The notes under the pieces: generated by a model | Database searches by the model: none | Told to the model about the DNA's origin: nothing | What the model saw: the letters and a program-made list of their open reading frames with translations, nothing else | Position numbers and translations under genes: made by a program | Assembly: GCA_963719315.1 (NCBI GenBank) | Contig: CAVRBU010000001.1 | Coordinates: 128,001 to 192,000 of the forward strand | Direction: 5' to 3' | Source: an uncultured Planctomycetota bacterium | GTDB taxonomy: Bacteria; Planctomycetota; Planctomycetia; Pirellulales; Lacipirellulaceae | DNA: 64,000 nucleotides | Part shown: one piece after another, positions 29,736-45,974 of the stretch | How positions within the stretch are numbered: position 1 is the first letter of the stretch | Layout of the letters: each line of letters opens with the position of its first letter

Positions 29736-31409
29736 GTGCACCAGGGCAATCAACCACGAACCAGGGTGATCGGCGCTTTGCTGCTCGCGGCAGTCGTGTG
29801 CCGGATGTCGGTGGCGGCGGAGCCGGTGACGAACGTAACGGCCGGCTCGATTCTGGAACCGGCCGTTTGGCAGGGGCCGGAACTTAGCGTCTCGCCATCT
29901 GCCGGCAATTCGCCGGCTACGAAGGATTCGGCACACTCGGTGATGAACCCTCTTCGGGTGGCGCTGCAGCCGACGCCGCCAGTTCCTCCGCAGAATTATC
30001 ACGTTTCGCCATTTTCACCGGGAATGCAGGGGTTCCAACCGCAAACACATGCTGCGCCCACCAATCCAACTGCCACAGCGCCAACTCAGCCGCTGCTAGA
30101 CGGCAATTCGCCGGTCGAGGAATTGATGCCGCCTGTTGTCGAGGGATGTGACGAAAATGGCGCGCGCCAAGGTGTGCAGCCTTACGGTGGCGGCCACCCG
30201 ACAGATTGGTCGTGGGGTTGCGGCGGCTCGCCGTACCGCACTGGGCCAGGACTGTGTGACAATTGGAAAGTCGGTCCCCGTTGGCACATTACTATCGAGG
30301 GCATCGTAATGTTGCGCGACGAAACCGATTTGACCGCCCTTGTGGCTCAAATGAGGGCAAACAATACGTTCATGAGCAGCGATGGTACGGCTGTCGGCGG
30401 TGGTACGGACATGCCGCCCGAGAGCGAGAATTTTCACTATGGGCCTGGCGGACGCATCACTTTCACCAGCCAAGTTGGGCGCTGTGCTGGTTACGATATT
30501 CAAGCAGTTTACGAAGGCGTCAACGATTGGAATGCGAATGTGGTGTTCCCGAAGGAGGCATTGGAACCTGTCTTCTTCAGCCCCATTCATACAACGACTT
30601 CAACAACCACAACGGCGACCACGGTTGTTGGCGTTGCCCCTAACACGACTACTACGACTACCACGACGACATCCGGAAGCACCACATTCAGCCCAGGCCC
30701 ACTTCCGCTTCAACCTCCAGCTCCATTTCCGGACGGTTTCCAGCAGCGGAGCCTACAATACCGATCGGAATTAAACTCGGGCGAACTCAATTTCCTGACG
30801 AATTACGACCCCGATTGGCGGCCGTTTTTCGGCGTCCGCTTCATCCGGTTCGACGACGAAATCAACGACTTCCTCAATCAAGAACTGCAATCTCCGTTGC
30901 CCTTCGCAGGGGTCTCCACAACGGCTGGCCAGTTTCTCGCGGTGGCGGAAACCGACCGGGTAAATCTGTTCCACGTGCAAAACAATTTAATGGGCTTTCA
31001 AGTAGGCCTCCTTCACGACACTCTGCACGTCAATAGCCGCCTATCTATTGAAGGGTTTGTCAACACGGGCGTGTATTATAACAAAGTCAAATACAGCAAT
31101 GTGATGGTTGTCCAGACGACGCAAGTCGTCGCTGACGACACGAGCACGACCACTACGAGCGAAGCCCGAACGGACAATTCCACCATCGTCAACAATGACG
31201 CTCGGGATCTGTCGGAGATCTCTTACGTGTCCGAAGCGTCACTAACAGGTGTGTGCCGGTTGAATAAGTGCTGGGCGCTACGAGGCGGCTATCAGATTCT
31301 GTGGATCGATAACTTGCACTTGGCGGATGCAGCTTACTTAGGCAATCCCGAGCAGAGCGACAGCCTGTTCTTCCAAGGTTGGCACGCCGGCATTGAATGC
31401 CGGCGGTAG
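29736..31409 (+). CDS. Putative outer-membrane beta-barrel protein (BBP7-like) with Thr-rich inserts
   Basis: Signal peptide, Pro/Cys-rich N-terminus, YRSELNSGELN, NNLMGFQVG, LRGGYQILWI, terminal strand FFQGWHAGIECRR. Confidence 0.7.
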   Translation: MHQGNQPRTRVIGALLLAAVVCRMSVAAEPVTNVTAGSILEPAVWQGPELSVSPSAGNSPATKDSAHSVMNPLRVALQPTPPVPPQNYHVSPFSPGMQGFQPQTHAAPTNPTATAPTQPLLDGNSPVEELMPPVVEGCDENGARQGVQPYGGGHPTDWSWGCGGSPYRTGPGLCDNWKVGPRWHITIEGIVMLRDETDLTALVAQMRANNTFMSSDGTAVGGGTDMPPESENFHYGPGGRITFTSQVGRCAGYDIQAVYEGVNDWNANVVFPKEALEPVFFSPIHTTTSTTTTATTVVGVAPNTTTTTTTTTSGSTTFSPGPLPLQPPAPFPDGFQQRSLQYRSELNSGELNFLTNYDPDWRPFFGVRFIRFDDEINDFLNQELQSPLPFAGVSTTAGQFLAVAETDRVNLFHVQNNLMGFQVGLLHDTLHVNSRLSIEGFVNTGVYYNKVKYSNVMVVQTTQVVADDTSTTTTSEARTDNSTIVNNDARDLSEISYVSEASLTGVCRLNKCWALRGGYQILWIDNLHLADAAYLGNPEQSDSLFFQGWHAGIECRR

Positions 31410-31503
31410 AATGAGTTCGGAGTTCGTGTAGAGGTATTTCCGTCGATTGGGCCGTGATTTCTGGGAAATTAACCGCTACACGTCCGTGCGACTCGCACTA
31501 GTG

Positions 31504-32910
<1,407 letters not shown>

Positions 32911-33039
32911 GGATCAACCTCGTTACGGGGTGGCGCAGAATAATGGTACTTATTGAATTATACTGTGAAGTTAATAGTTCGTCGCTAGTTGATAATTGTA
33001 GTAGCGACGAACCACAACTCACTAACCAAGATCAGATTT

Positions 33040-34168
33040 ATGCATCGCGTACTACTGCTAGGCGCCGGCAAGATCGGCCGCATGATTGCCAGGTTTTTGA
33101 TGGACTCGGGCGACTACGACGTGCTCGTGGGCGACTTGAGCGAATTGGCGCTCGAGCGGATCGCGAGACTGACGGGCGCCGAGACGCACCGTGTCGATGC
33201 GACCAGCTTGGCCGACTTGGCGGCGGCGCTCAAGGGTCGCGATACGGTTCTTTCAGCGCCTGAGCTTTCACCACAATGCGGCGGTTGCCCAGGCGGCGCT
33301 TGAGAGCGGAGCCAGCTATTTCGATCTAACGGAAGACGTAGAGACGAGCGACGCGGTGGCGGAGATTGCCGAACAGGCGGCCGATGGTCAGGTCTTCATG
33401 CCGCAGTGCGGCTTGGCGCCGGGCTTCATTTCGATCGCGGCCAACGATTTGATCAACTGGTTCGAGCGGGTCGAGACGGTGAAGATGCGCGTTGGCGCGT
33501 TGCCGCAGTTTCCGACGGGCGAGTTGAAATACAACCTCACGTGGTCTACCGACGGACTCATCAATGAATACTGCAATCCGTGTGAAGCGATTCACGCCGG
33601 GCGAAAGATCGACGTGCTGCCATTGGAAGGTTTGGAGAACTTTTCGCTCGATGGTGTGCGGTACGAGGCATTCAATACGAGCGGTGGTCTCGGCACGTTG
33701 TGCGATACGCTAGTCGACAAAGTTCGCGAACTTAACTACAAGACCGTGAGGTACGTGGGGCATCGCGATCAAATGAAGTTGCTCGTAAATGAATTGCGGC
33801 TAGGCGAGCATCGCGAGCAATTCAAGGAGATTTTAGAGCGGGCCGTGCCGGTGACGTTTCAGGACGTTGTGGTAACGTTCTGCACTGTTACGGGTTGGCG
33901 CAAAGGGCTGCTCGTGCAGAAGAGCGATGCCCGCAAAATTTATCACCAGCAAATTGGCGACGAGATGTGGAGCGCGATTCAGATTACGACGGCGGCCGGA
34001 GTGTGCGCGGTGCTTGACCTGCACGTGGCGGGCCGATTGCCGCGCCGCGGGCTCCTGCGACAGGAGCAGGTCACGATGCAGGAGTTTCTCGCCAACCGGT
34101 TCGGCGAGTATTACGAATCGCAAATGGCAACAAAGTTCAGTGCTGGTGTTGTTGGAGAGGAAGACTGA
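33040..34168 (+). CDS. Saccharopine dehydrogenase family protein (lysine 6-dehydrogenase-like), frameshift near 33259
   Basis: GAGKIG Rossmann motif, YFDLTEDV, QCGLAPG, YNLTWSTDGLINEY, FNTSGGLGT. Confidence 0.85.
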
Positions 34169-34171
34169 TCG

Positions 34172-35695
34172 ATGGATCGCGAGATAGAAAAAGCACTGAA
34201 TGCGCTAGGCATCGACGGCGAACTGCGCGCCGCAGATGTGTTGCCCGGCGAAGGTCCTCTGTTGACGGTGCGTTCACCGATCGATGGCAGCGTATTGGCC
34301 AAGCTTCCGTCCGCATCCGCGGATCAAATGAATGCGGCGATTGGCGTCGCTACGGGAGCATTTCCGGATTGGCGCGATACGCCGGCGCCCATTCGCGGTG
34401 AATTGGTCCGATGTATCGGCAACGCTTTCCGGGAACGGCAGTCCGAACTGGCTACGCTGATCGCTTGGGAGGCCGGCAAGATATTGCCGGAGGCCCGCGG
34501 CGAAGTGCAGGAGGTCATCGATATCTGCGATTTCGCGGTCGGACTCAGCCGGCAGCTTTACGGCAAGACGATTGCCAGCGAGCGGCCCGGTCATCGGCTC
34601 GCGGAATTCTGGCATCCGCTCGGCCCGGTAGGCGTGATCTCGGCGTTCAATTTTCCGGTGGCGGTATGGGCTTGGAACGCGATGATTGGCCTCGTGTGCG
34701 GCGATCCGATCGTGTGGAAACCGTCGGAAAAAACGCCGTTAAGCGCGTTTGCGTGCCAGCAGATCGTACGGGAGTCGGTGACAAAAGTCATTGGGCCAAC
34801 AGGCATCACGAGCGTTGTCGTTGGCGGCGCTGAAATTGGGCACGCACTCGCCGCGTCACCGCAATTGCCACTTGTGTCGGCGACGGGCAGTGTAGAGATG
34901 GGCCGCGCGGTTGCGAAAACGGTCGCCGCCCGACTTGGCCGCACGCTGCTGGAGTTGGGTGGCAATAACGGCATGATCGTGGCGCCCTCTGCCGATTTGA
35001 GAATGGGCGTGCGTTCAATCGTGTTTGCGGCCGCCGGCACCTGCGGCCAGCGCTGTACGACACTACGGAGGCTGATTGTTCACGAATCAATCGCCGATGA
35101 GTTGCGTGACCGGATACTGGCCGTGTACAAGCAACTTGTGATCGGCGACCCGATGCAGGACGGCGTACTCGTGGGCCCGCTCATTGACGAGTGGGCGTTT
35201 AGCGCGATGGAAGCGGCGCTGGCCGCGGCGCGCAATCAGGGCGGCGTCGTTCACGGCGGCGGACGCGTCACGGCAGGCGTGCCGGCCGGCGGCTACTACG
35301 TGCGCCCGGCAGTTGTCGAGATAAGTGCCGACGCACCAATCATTCAGCAGGAAACTTTTGCACCAATTCTTTACTTCATGACGTACCGCGAGTTGGATCA
35401 CGCGATTCGCATCCACAACAACGTGCCGCAAGGGCTTTCATCGGCAATCCTCACACGCGACGTCCTTGAATCCGAGCGATTCACATCGGCCGCAGGCTCG
35501 GATTGCGGCATCGTGAATGTGAACGTCGGGACGAGCGGCGCGGAAATCGGAGGCGCGTTCGGCGGCGAAAAAGAAACCGGCGGTGGCCGCGAATCGGGCA
35601 GCGATTCGTGGAAGGCGTACATGCGGCGCGTCACAAGCACCGTCAATTATTCCGACGAGCTACCGTTGGCGCAAGGAATCAAGTTCGACGTGTAA
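34172..35695 (+). CDS. amaB: Aldehyde dehydrogenase family 7 (2-aminoadipate semialdehyde / piperideine-6-carboxylate dehydrogenase)
   Basis: SAFNFPVAVWAWN, LELGGNN, GQRCTT, GTSGAEIGGAFGGEKETGGGRESGSD, LPLAQGI. Confidence 0.9.
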   Translation: MDREIEKALNALGIDGELRAADVLPGEGPLLTVRSPIDGSVLAKLPSASADQMNAAIGVATGAFPDWRDTPAPIRGELVRCIGNAFRERQSELATLIAWEAGKILPEARGEVQEVIDICDFAVGLSRQLYGKTIASERPGHRLAEFWHPLGPVGVISAFNFPVAVWAWNAMIGLVCGDPIVWKPSEKTPLSAFACQQIVRESVTKVIGPTGITSVVVGGAEIGHALAASPQLPLVSATGSVEMGRAVAKTVAARLGRTLLELGGNNGMIVAPSADLRMGVRSIVFAAAGTCGQRCTTLRRLIVHESIADELRDRILAVYKQLVIGDPMQDGVLVGPLIDEWAFSAMEAALAAARNQGGVVHGGGRVTAGVPAGGYYVRPAVVEISADAPIIQQETFAPILYFMTYRELDHAIRIHNNVPQGLSSAILTRDVLESERFTSAAGSDCGIVNVNVGTSGAEIGGAFGGEKETGGGRESGSDSWKAYMRRVTSTVNYSDELPLAQGIKFDV

Positions 35696-36558
35696 CGCTC
35701 AAGTGCGACCGTAGCCGAGCCAGCTTGGCAATTCTCTTCGCGGAGTTCGACATCCGTTTTGGCCTGGTCGTAGATCGCATTAAACGTCGTAATCAGCTCG
35801 AACAGTCAAGTGCGATGGCCGATACCGATCATCACATTCAGCGCGCCATCGTTAAGAATCTGTACGAGGCGATCGGCAAAGGCGTCGACTTTGGTTTCAT
35901 TCGCTTGACATACCGCCATACTCGACATCTGGTTTCCTTTCTGAAAGCGTCGGATGTGTCCCGATCGAATTCATAACTACCGGGTTACCGCGGCTGATAA
36001 GCAGTTGAGCAAGCGAGCCAGTGAGTAGGCGGCAATATGCGGCCGGTGCACACTTTCTCGCAGGCTGATTGCTCACGCCAGCGAAAACAAAAATAACAGC
36101 AGCCGGCACGGGCAAGCCGCCTGCTGCGGGCTCACTTGCGCGACCCGACGGAGAGGCAAGAGGGAAATCTCAACCGAAGCCGAAAGCGATTTCGCTTGAC
36201 GATGGCGACCACTTCTTTCCTGTCCTGCCGCATACGCAACATGTATGCCAACGAACAATCGAATAGCGATTCTATCGAAGGAAATCCAATTTCGGCGTGC
36301 GCTGTAGGTTTTCTCCAGGATTGGTAATCGGAGCAGCGAATTCCAACGAGAGCTAGCTACCCAGCGCGGCGTCTCAGAGCGAGACGATCGGTTCAATTTG
36401 AGACGCTGGAAGCGACTTATGCGTCATCCTGTAGGTTTCCAAAACGCACCTATGGCCTCGCACTAAGAAAAGGCCACTAGCTGGCGCCGGCGGCGGAACG
36501 ATTTGTAGAAATGAATCGCTCGCAGGCGAATGTGGCGCGTAACGAACGGTGCAAATAG

Positions 36559-37047
36559 TTACGGCTTCGGTTCGACGGCAGCCTGCTCGTAGTCGACCAC
36601 AAAATAGCGGTTGCCTTTTTGGACAACGCAGTGTCCTTCCGCAGCGAGACGGGCGCGCAGATTCTTGATGCCGCCCGGGTATTTCGCGTTGAGCTCGCCG
36701 CCGGCTTTAAGCGTTCTCCAGTACGGCGTGATCCGTTTGCGGCCTGCCCGTTCGTCCTCATCAGCGGCGTGGGCGGCAATCCAGGCGAAAATGCCGGTCG
36801 TCATCGGGCACGCGATTGTTGTGCTGTGGCGAGTGGCGAGCGCGCTGCGAATCGAGTCGATCGTGGTGAGCTTGCCGCGCCGCACGGTTTTCATGAGCGC
36901 ATCCACTTCTAGCGGTGCAGGAATGACAAACGTGCCCTCGCCCCAGCCCTTCGACTTCGTGGAATCGATTCGGGCGATCTTGGGAAAATCCTTGCTGTCA
37001 GCGAGCTTCTCGCGCCATGATCTTTTCTTTGACGTGCGCTTGCTCAT
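36559..37047 (-). CDS. MGMT/alkyltransferase-like DNA-binding protein
   Basis: GKLTT, ACPMTTGIF, TPYWRTLK (no active-site Cys at the PCHR position), LAAEGH. Confidence 0.75.
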   Translation of the reverse strand: MSKRTSKKRSWREKLADSKDFPKIARIDSTKSKGWGEGTFVIPAPLEVDALMKTVRRGKLTTIDSIRSALATRHSTTIACPMTTGIFAWIAAHAADEDERAGRKRITPYWRTLKAGGELNAKYPGGIKNLRARLAAEGHCVVQKGNRYFVVDYEQAAVEPKP

Positions 37048-37168
37048 CTCAAACTCGAATTGTGACGAAAGGACTTGGCCAACGAGAATGTTGCGCGGTG
37101 TAGCCGCGCCAAGAACTCTATGGGGAAATTGTTTTCATGCGGTAGAAATGGCGCAATTACCATTCGAA

Positions 37169-40866
<3,698 letters not shown>

Positions 40867-41059
40867 AACGGTCGAGCCAGAATGGCGATGGTTGGAGAGT
40901 TGGGGCGGCCAACCGTCACCGCCTGTTCAGGACTGAATAAGAGACAGCGATGTGATTGGCGGGTTCAGGATTGCGATACTGCCGACGTAGCTCGCCGACA
41001 GGAGAACGACCCTGTTATACATAATAGGTCGTAGCGTGGCAGGCTGACAACGCGAACCC

Positions 41060-42994
41060 TTATGCGGCCATCCGCTGTCGGACGAAGTCTTCGGCGCTTT
41101 CGACATAGATCAATTCATGGAGTGCCGCTTTGAGTATGTCGTTTGGCACGTCTCGGAGCGATGCAAGTCGAATGATATCCCGGGCCACTCGTTGTAAATC
41201 TCTCTGAATACTGGATGCGACCAGGATTTGCGGATGGTTTGTCCGAGATCTATTTTCGTTGGTATCATACAGCTCTTCAAACAGCTTTTCACCCGGTCTT
41301 AAGCCGACGATTTGGATTTCAATATCTTCTCCGACCCGCAGCCCGGACAGGCGAATCATGTCCTGTGCCAAGTCGAGGATCCGGACCGGCTCACCCATAT
41401 CGAGCACGAAGATTTCGCCGCCCTTCCCCATCGCGCCAGCTTGCAGTACAAGCTGAGCCGCCTCGGGAATGAGCATGAAGTAGCGCGTGATGTCCGGATG
41501 CGTGACGGTGACTGGGCCGCCGCGGGCGATCTGTTCGCGGAAAACTGGCACGACACTACCGGATGAATCGAGCACGTTGCCGAACCGCACAGTCACGAAC
41601 CTACAGTTCGAGTTCGCCGATCGGGCCTGTACGTACTGTTCAGCCAGGCGCTTACAGGAGCCCATTACGCTGGTGGGATTCACGGCCTTATCGGTCGAGA
41701 TCATGATGAGTGCGTGGGCGTCATAGTCGTGGGCGAGGTCGACGAGGTTGCGCGTGGCCAGAACGATGTTTTTCACCGCTTCGCCGCAATGCGATTCCAT
41801 GAGCGGCACGTGCTTGTAGGCTGCAGCATGGATGATGATCTCGGGCCGCGTTTCGGCGAAGAGCGATTCGAGTCGGCCGAAGTCGGTCAGATCGGCGAGA
41901 CGGATGTCGACGAGAGGACTGGCCGATTTCAGATTATCGGTTTCTAATCCGCCATCCGCCATCCTCAATCCGCAATCGCCGCTTAATCGCTGAAGCTCGC
42001 GCTCAAGATGAAACTGGCCGGTTTCCGAGCGGTCGACGAGCACCAGGCTGGCCGGCTGCAGTTTCTGGAGCTGCCGGCAGATCTCAGAGCCGATGCTGCC
42101 GGCGCTGCCGGTTACCATCACAACGCGACCGGCGATCCAATCGCGAATCGACTCAATGTCGAGCGCGACGGACTCGCGGCAGAGCAAGTCTTCGATCACA
42201 ACGGCTCGGGGATGGACGGCAACGCGCTCTTCTAGCAGTTGCTGGTGGCTGGGAAGCACCTTCACGCGAAAGTTGGATTGCTGGGCACTGTCCACCAATT
42301 GGCGCACCTGCATGCCGTTCAATCCCCCCGACATAATGAGCACTTCTTCCACATTCTGCTGTTGAGCGAGCCGGGGCAGTTCGTCGCACGCGCCCAGGAT
42401 CGGCACGCCGTTGATTCGGCAACCTTGCAGATCGGGTCGATTATCTATGAAACCCACGACTCGGTACGTGAGCGTCGGGGTGTTGCGAATTGCCCGAAGC
42501 AGGGCTTCGCCCGGATAGTCGGCCCCAACTATGAAGCACTTCGTTCCCTTGCTCGACAGGAACCAGTTCCAGGCGTCGCTCCGCAACACGCGCGGAATCG
42601 CCCGCACGGCGCCCACGGAAAGCAATGTAGCGCCCCAATCGATTAGCATCACGCTCCGGGGAATGCTCAAACGCGGGAGGCAAATCGCATCAAACATCGC
42701 GATGCCGAGCGTCGCGAATGTCACCGATTGGCCGAGGAGAACAAGGTCGTCGAAGCCGACAAATTTGGACCAACCCTGATGCAATCGAAACCAAACAAAA
42801 GAGGCCCACTTGATGAACACAACCCACAGCACCGTATCGAAGTAGATTTCGACCGCGTGCGGGCTCGGTTCGCCGGCAAAGCGGAGCAAATACGCAATGT
42901 AATAGCTCGCGGCGAACAAAGGCAGAATTACGGTGGCGCTCACGACGAGCTGATAGGTTTTGCGGGGGTTGAATGGCGTTACGAAGTCTTTCAT
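41060..42994 (-). CDS. Membrane-bound UDP-GlcNAc 4,6-dehydratase (PglF/CapD/WbpM type)
   Basis: Four N-terminal TMs, TGSAGSIGSE, HAAAYKHVP, STDKAVNP, VRFGNVL, GLRPGEKL; start codon uncertain. Confidence 0.92.
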   Translation of the reverse strand: MKDFVTPFNPRKTYQLVVSATVILPLFAASYYIAYLLRFAGEPSPHAVEIYFDTVLWVVFIKWASFVWFRLHQGWSKFVGFDDLVLLGQSVTFATLGIAMFDAICLPRLSIPRSVMLIDWGATLLSVGAVRAIPRVLRSDAWNWFLSSKGTKCFIVGADYPGEALLRAIRNTPTLTYRVVGFIDNRPDLQGCRINGVPILGACDELPRLAQQQNVEEVLIMSGGLNGMQVRQLVDSAQQSNFRVKVLPSHQQLLEERVAVHPRAVVIEDLLCRESVALDIESIRDWIAGRVVMVTGSAGSIGSEICRQLQKLQPASLVLVDRSETGQFHLERELQRLSGDCGLRMADGGLETDNLKSASPLVDIRLADLTDFGRLESLFAETRPEIIIHAAAYKHVPLMESHCGEAVKNIVLATRNLVDLAHDYDAHALIMISTDKAVNPTSVMGSCKRLAEQYVQARSANSNCRFVTVRFGNVLDSSGSVVPVFREQIARGGPVTVTHPDITRYFMLIPEAAQLVLQAGAMGKGGEIFVLDMGEPVRILDLAQDMIRLSGLRVGEDIEIQIVGLRPGEKLFEELYDTNENRSRTNHPQILVASSIQRDLQRVARDIIRLASLRDVPNDILKAALHELIYVESAEDFVRQRMAA

Positions 42995-43134
42995 ACCGGT
43001 AGCAAAGACCCCCGCGGTAGCGTTGCGGCCACGGAGTGCGGAATGAGTGGTGTGATGAGTAGAGATTCGTGATTTGCCGAGAAGGTAGTTGGCGACGCAA
43101 TCTATGTGCCGATTCAATTGGTGAGCTTTCAAAA

Positions 43135-45910
43135 TCACCGCGCGATATTGGTTTGCTCCGGCCTCCGCCCCTCTGAATGAGGCTCGTAGGCAGCTCGCGC
43201 CATGTGGTTGTCAGTTTGCAATTTGTGAAATGCGGAAATCGTCACTTCGCGTTGTCCGAACTGCGTCCTCGAGATAGCTAAGAGTGCCGCGCTCAGGCTC
43301 TTGTCCGACGGGCGCCGCGCTAAGCACCAACGATAGTGGGGTTCGGCTTCCGCGTCGCGGCCCGAGGCGTGTAGAGCTTTGGCCAGCGCAGCGAATCGAG
43401 TATTGTCGCGGATCGCATTGGTACGCGTGCAGTAAACACGCGAGGGCCTCGCTTGTATGACCCACTTCAGCATACAACTGCGATTGCCAGTACCAAATGA
43501 AGGCCGGTGGAATGCCGCCTTTGCTGATCGTTGCGCTGCGCGTCTTTTCGGCCGAATAAGTAAGCAGCGTTGCGAGGTCCTCGGACGCGCCCGATTCGCG
43601 ATAACGGCTCCAAATGTTGCGTAGCAGGGGCCAATCGGGATGGAATGTGGACACGAACTGAGCTGCCGGAATACGCCCGGCAAGGACGGAAACTATTTTC
43701 GCTTGATGTGGACCTGGATCGTCGAAGCACAGTTGCCAGCGCTTGAGGGCAGCTTCCAAGTGGTTTTCTGCGAGCTCCTCCCGGCCGATTTCGAAGAACA
43801 CATCAGCATTGTGGGGGCGAACGCGAAGCGCCTGAACGGAATATGCGTGCACTGCCTGCGAATCGGCGCCATCCAAAATTGATAGTTGGGCGAGATGCAT
43901 GTAGGCCTCGCCCTGGAGCGGGCAGAGCTCGACGGCGGTCCGCGCTTCAACTGCGGCCCGCTCAAGCCATCGCAAATTGCGTCCCACAGCCCGCTCAAGC
44001 CACGCTCTCAGCGCAGTCCTGGATGGAAATCTCGAATTGCCGATCGTATCGCAAATGGAGGGCAAGGTCATCGCGTTTTTGGCGCGTTGCTGATCGAGAT
44101 CGAATTGTGCGATGCATCGGACGGCCAACTTCAAATGGGCGCGAGCAAATTGAGGGTCCCACCGCACGACCTGCTCCAATTCGCGGAGCATGGCCTCGTT
44201 GAGGGCTACTTGATCGGTGGTTTTGGAGTCTTTGCGGTTGGTGATCAGGGCTGCCGTTTGGGGCCGCACGATTTCGCTATGAGATACCGAGGCACGGAGA
44301 TAGCGTTCCCAATAAACGGCCGCGATGCCTGGGCCGATGTAAGTGTGGACGCTCCACCCGCCGATCAAGATCGTCGCGGCCGCTAATTCCCACCAGCGGC
44401 CCCGTGTCATGACGGGACGGTTCGCGGTGCGTTTTTCAGCAGGCCAGCAAAATTGCGAAAGTCGCAGCGCGCAGCCAGCAAGCACGACGACGATGCTCAT
44501 GCAGGCGGGTATGTACCAAACAAAATCGACTGCCGAATGGACGGCGCTAGCGGCCAAGCCGGCGGCCGTAGCGCCGAGTAAACGGGTTCCGACGGCGTCG
44601 GTCGTATACCGCCATGCGCAAACGCACCAGGCTGCGACAAGCCCCATCCCGGCAGCGAGCAGCACCACGCCGCCGATGCCGGTTTCGCTTGCAATTTGCA
44701 GATAGCCGTTTTCGGCGTGCGTGTAATCCTTCGTGAAATATTGCGGAAGGTAAATTTGGCAGATTTCGCAGTGGCTTCCGACGCCGGCGCCAGTCAGCCA
44801 GCCGGCCTCGAACGCGGCGATGTTTGCGGCCCAGATTTTTCGTCGTATACCGCCCTGGTCGATATTGTCGAACGATCCCTCAGTAAAATCGTCGAGCCGT
44901 TCGATGACCTGGTCCGCGCCGTGAATTGCAAGCATGCCACCGACAACGACCGCCAAAACGGCCAGCCCGTACATGAAGCGGCGATCGACCAAGCCGCGAC
45001 TTAGACAAATGGTGACGAACACAGCGCCGGCAACCAATAAGGCTACCGCGCCGCCGCGCGAGCGCGATAGCAGAATCGTGGTCATCACTAGCGCCGCGGC
45101 GGCGGCCAGGACTCCGGCCACAATCGGCGGTTTCATGTCGCTCTGCAAATGGTGGCGGGCCGCGGAAGTAGTCGAACTTCGATTAGCAAGGGGCAAATAG
45201 CTCAGAAGTGGTCCGAAGCCCAACACCAGGAAGTCTGCAAAGTGGTTGCGATTGATGAAGGGTCCCTCGAGGCATTGCGAGGCGGAGCGATGTGCGTGCT
45301 CGTAGAACCAAAAAAATCGGCCGTCGGACGTGTAGAATTGAAGGAAGCCAAACACTGCCATCAACGCGGCGGAAGCACCAATCCAAGTCAGTAGGCGCGC
45401 GGCGTCGGCGTAGTCCTCGATTCGCCCGATGACGACCATAAACAGCAAGCTGTAGCTCAGCAGCATGGCGAGGGCTTTGGTTGTCTCATGCGGCACGAAT
45501 GAAAGTGTTTGCCAAGTGCCCAAGTGGACGGCACTGTTGCCGCCGGGGGTCCACAGCGGCAAGAGTTGTTCGGTGCGGGGCGAAATTCGAGCGAGCCAGT
45601 CGACGGGCAGCGGAATAACCTGCAAGGCGACGAGCGCGGCGGCGAGCAGCAGGAGTCCGTGGGCCGCTGTGCGGGGCCAGCGAGATGCCGGCAAAAGCGC
45701 TTGCCGGGCGAACCAGGCCGTTGCCGTTACGGCGATAAGCGATACGAACACGAGCCGTCCCAAATCGTGTCGGCCACCGAAGAAATAGGGTGCCACGAAG
45801 ATCACACCGCACAGCCCGGAATCGACTACGCGCTGCAGCGATTTCGTGAGCGCGGCGCCATTGTCGGCGGACCGCGCATTGCTGCCCCAAAATGCGGTGG
45901 GTTGTTTCAT
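43135..45910 (-). CDS. O-antigen ligase family protein with C-terminal TPR region, frameshift near 43390
   Basis: GPFINRNHFA, SRSRGG, HAENGYLQ, HSAVDF, followed by helical repeats. Confidence 0.85.
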
Positions 45911-45974
45911 TTCGTATTCGATTACTCTCGGGTCGGGCGATCGACAAGACACCGATTTCGGGGTCGCCCAATCC

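Noticed and set aside
35700..36470. Short ORFs between the aldehyde dehydrogenase and the MGMT-like gene
   Set aside because: No family recognised; possibly remnants, but not supportable from sequence alone.
40867..41059. SAM or cobalamin riboswitch upstream of metH
   Set aside because: I could not find the SAM-I core or a B12 box. Only a possible promoter (CTGCCA-17-TATAAC, minus strand) and a weak palindrome near 41006-41032 are visible. An Rfam scan would be decisive.
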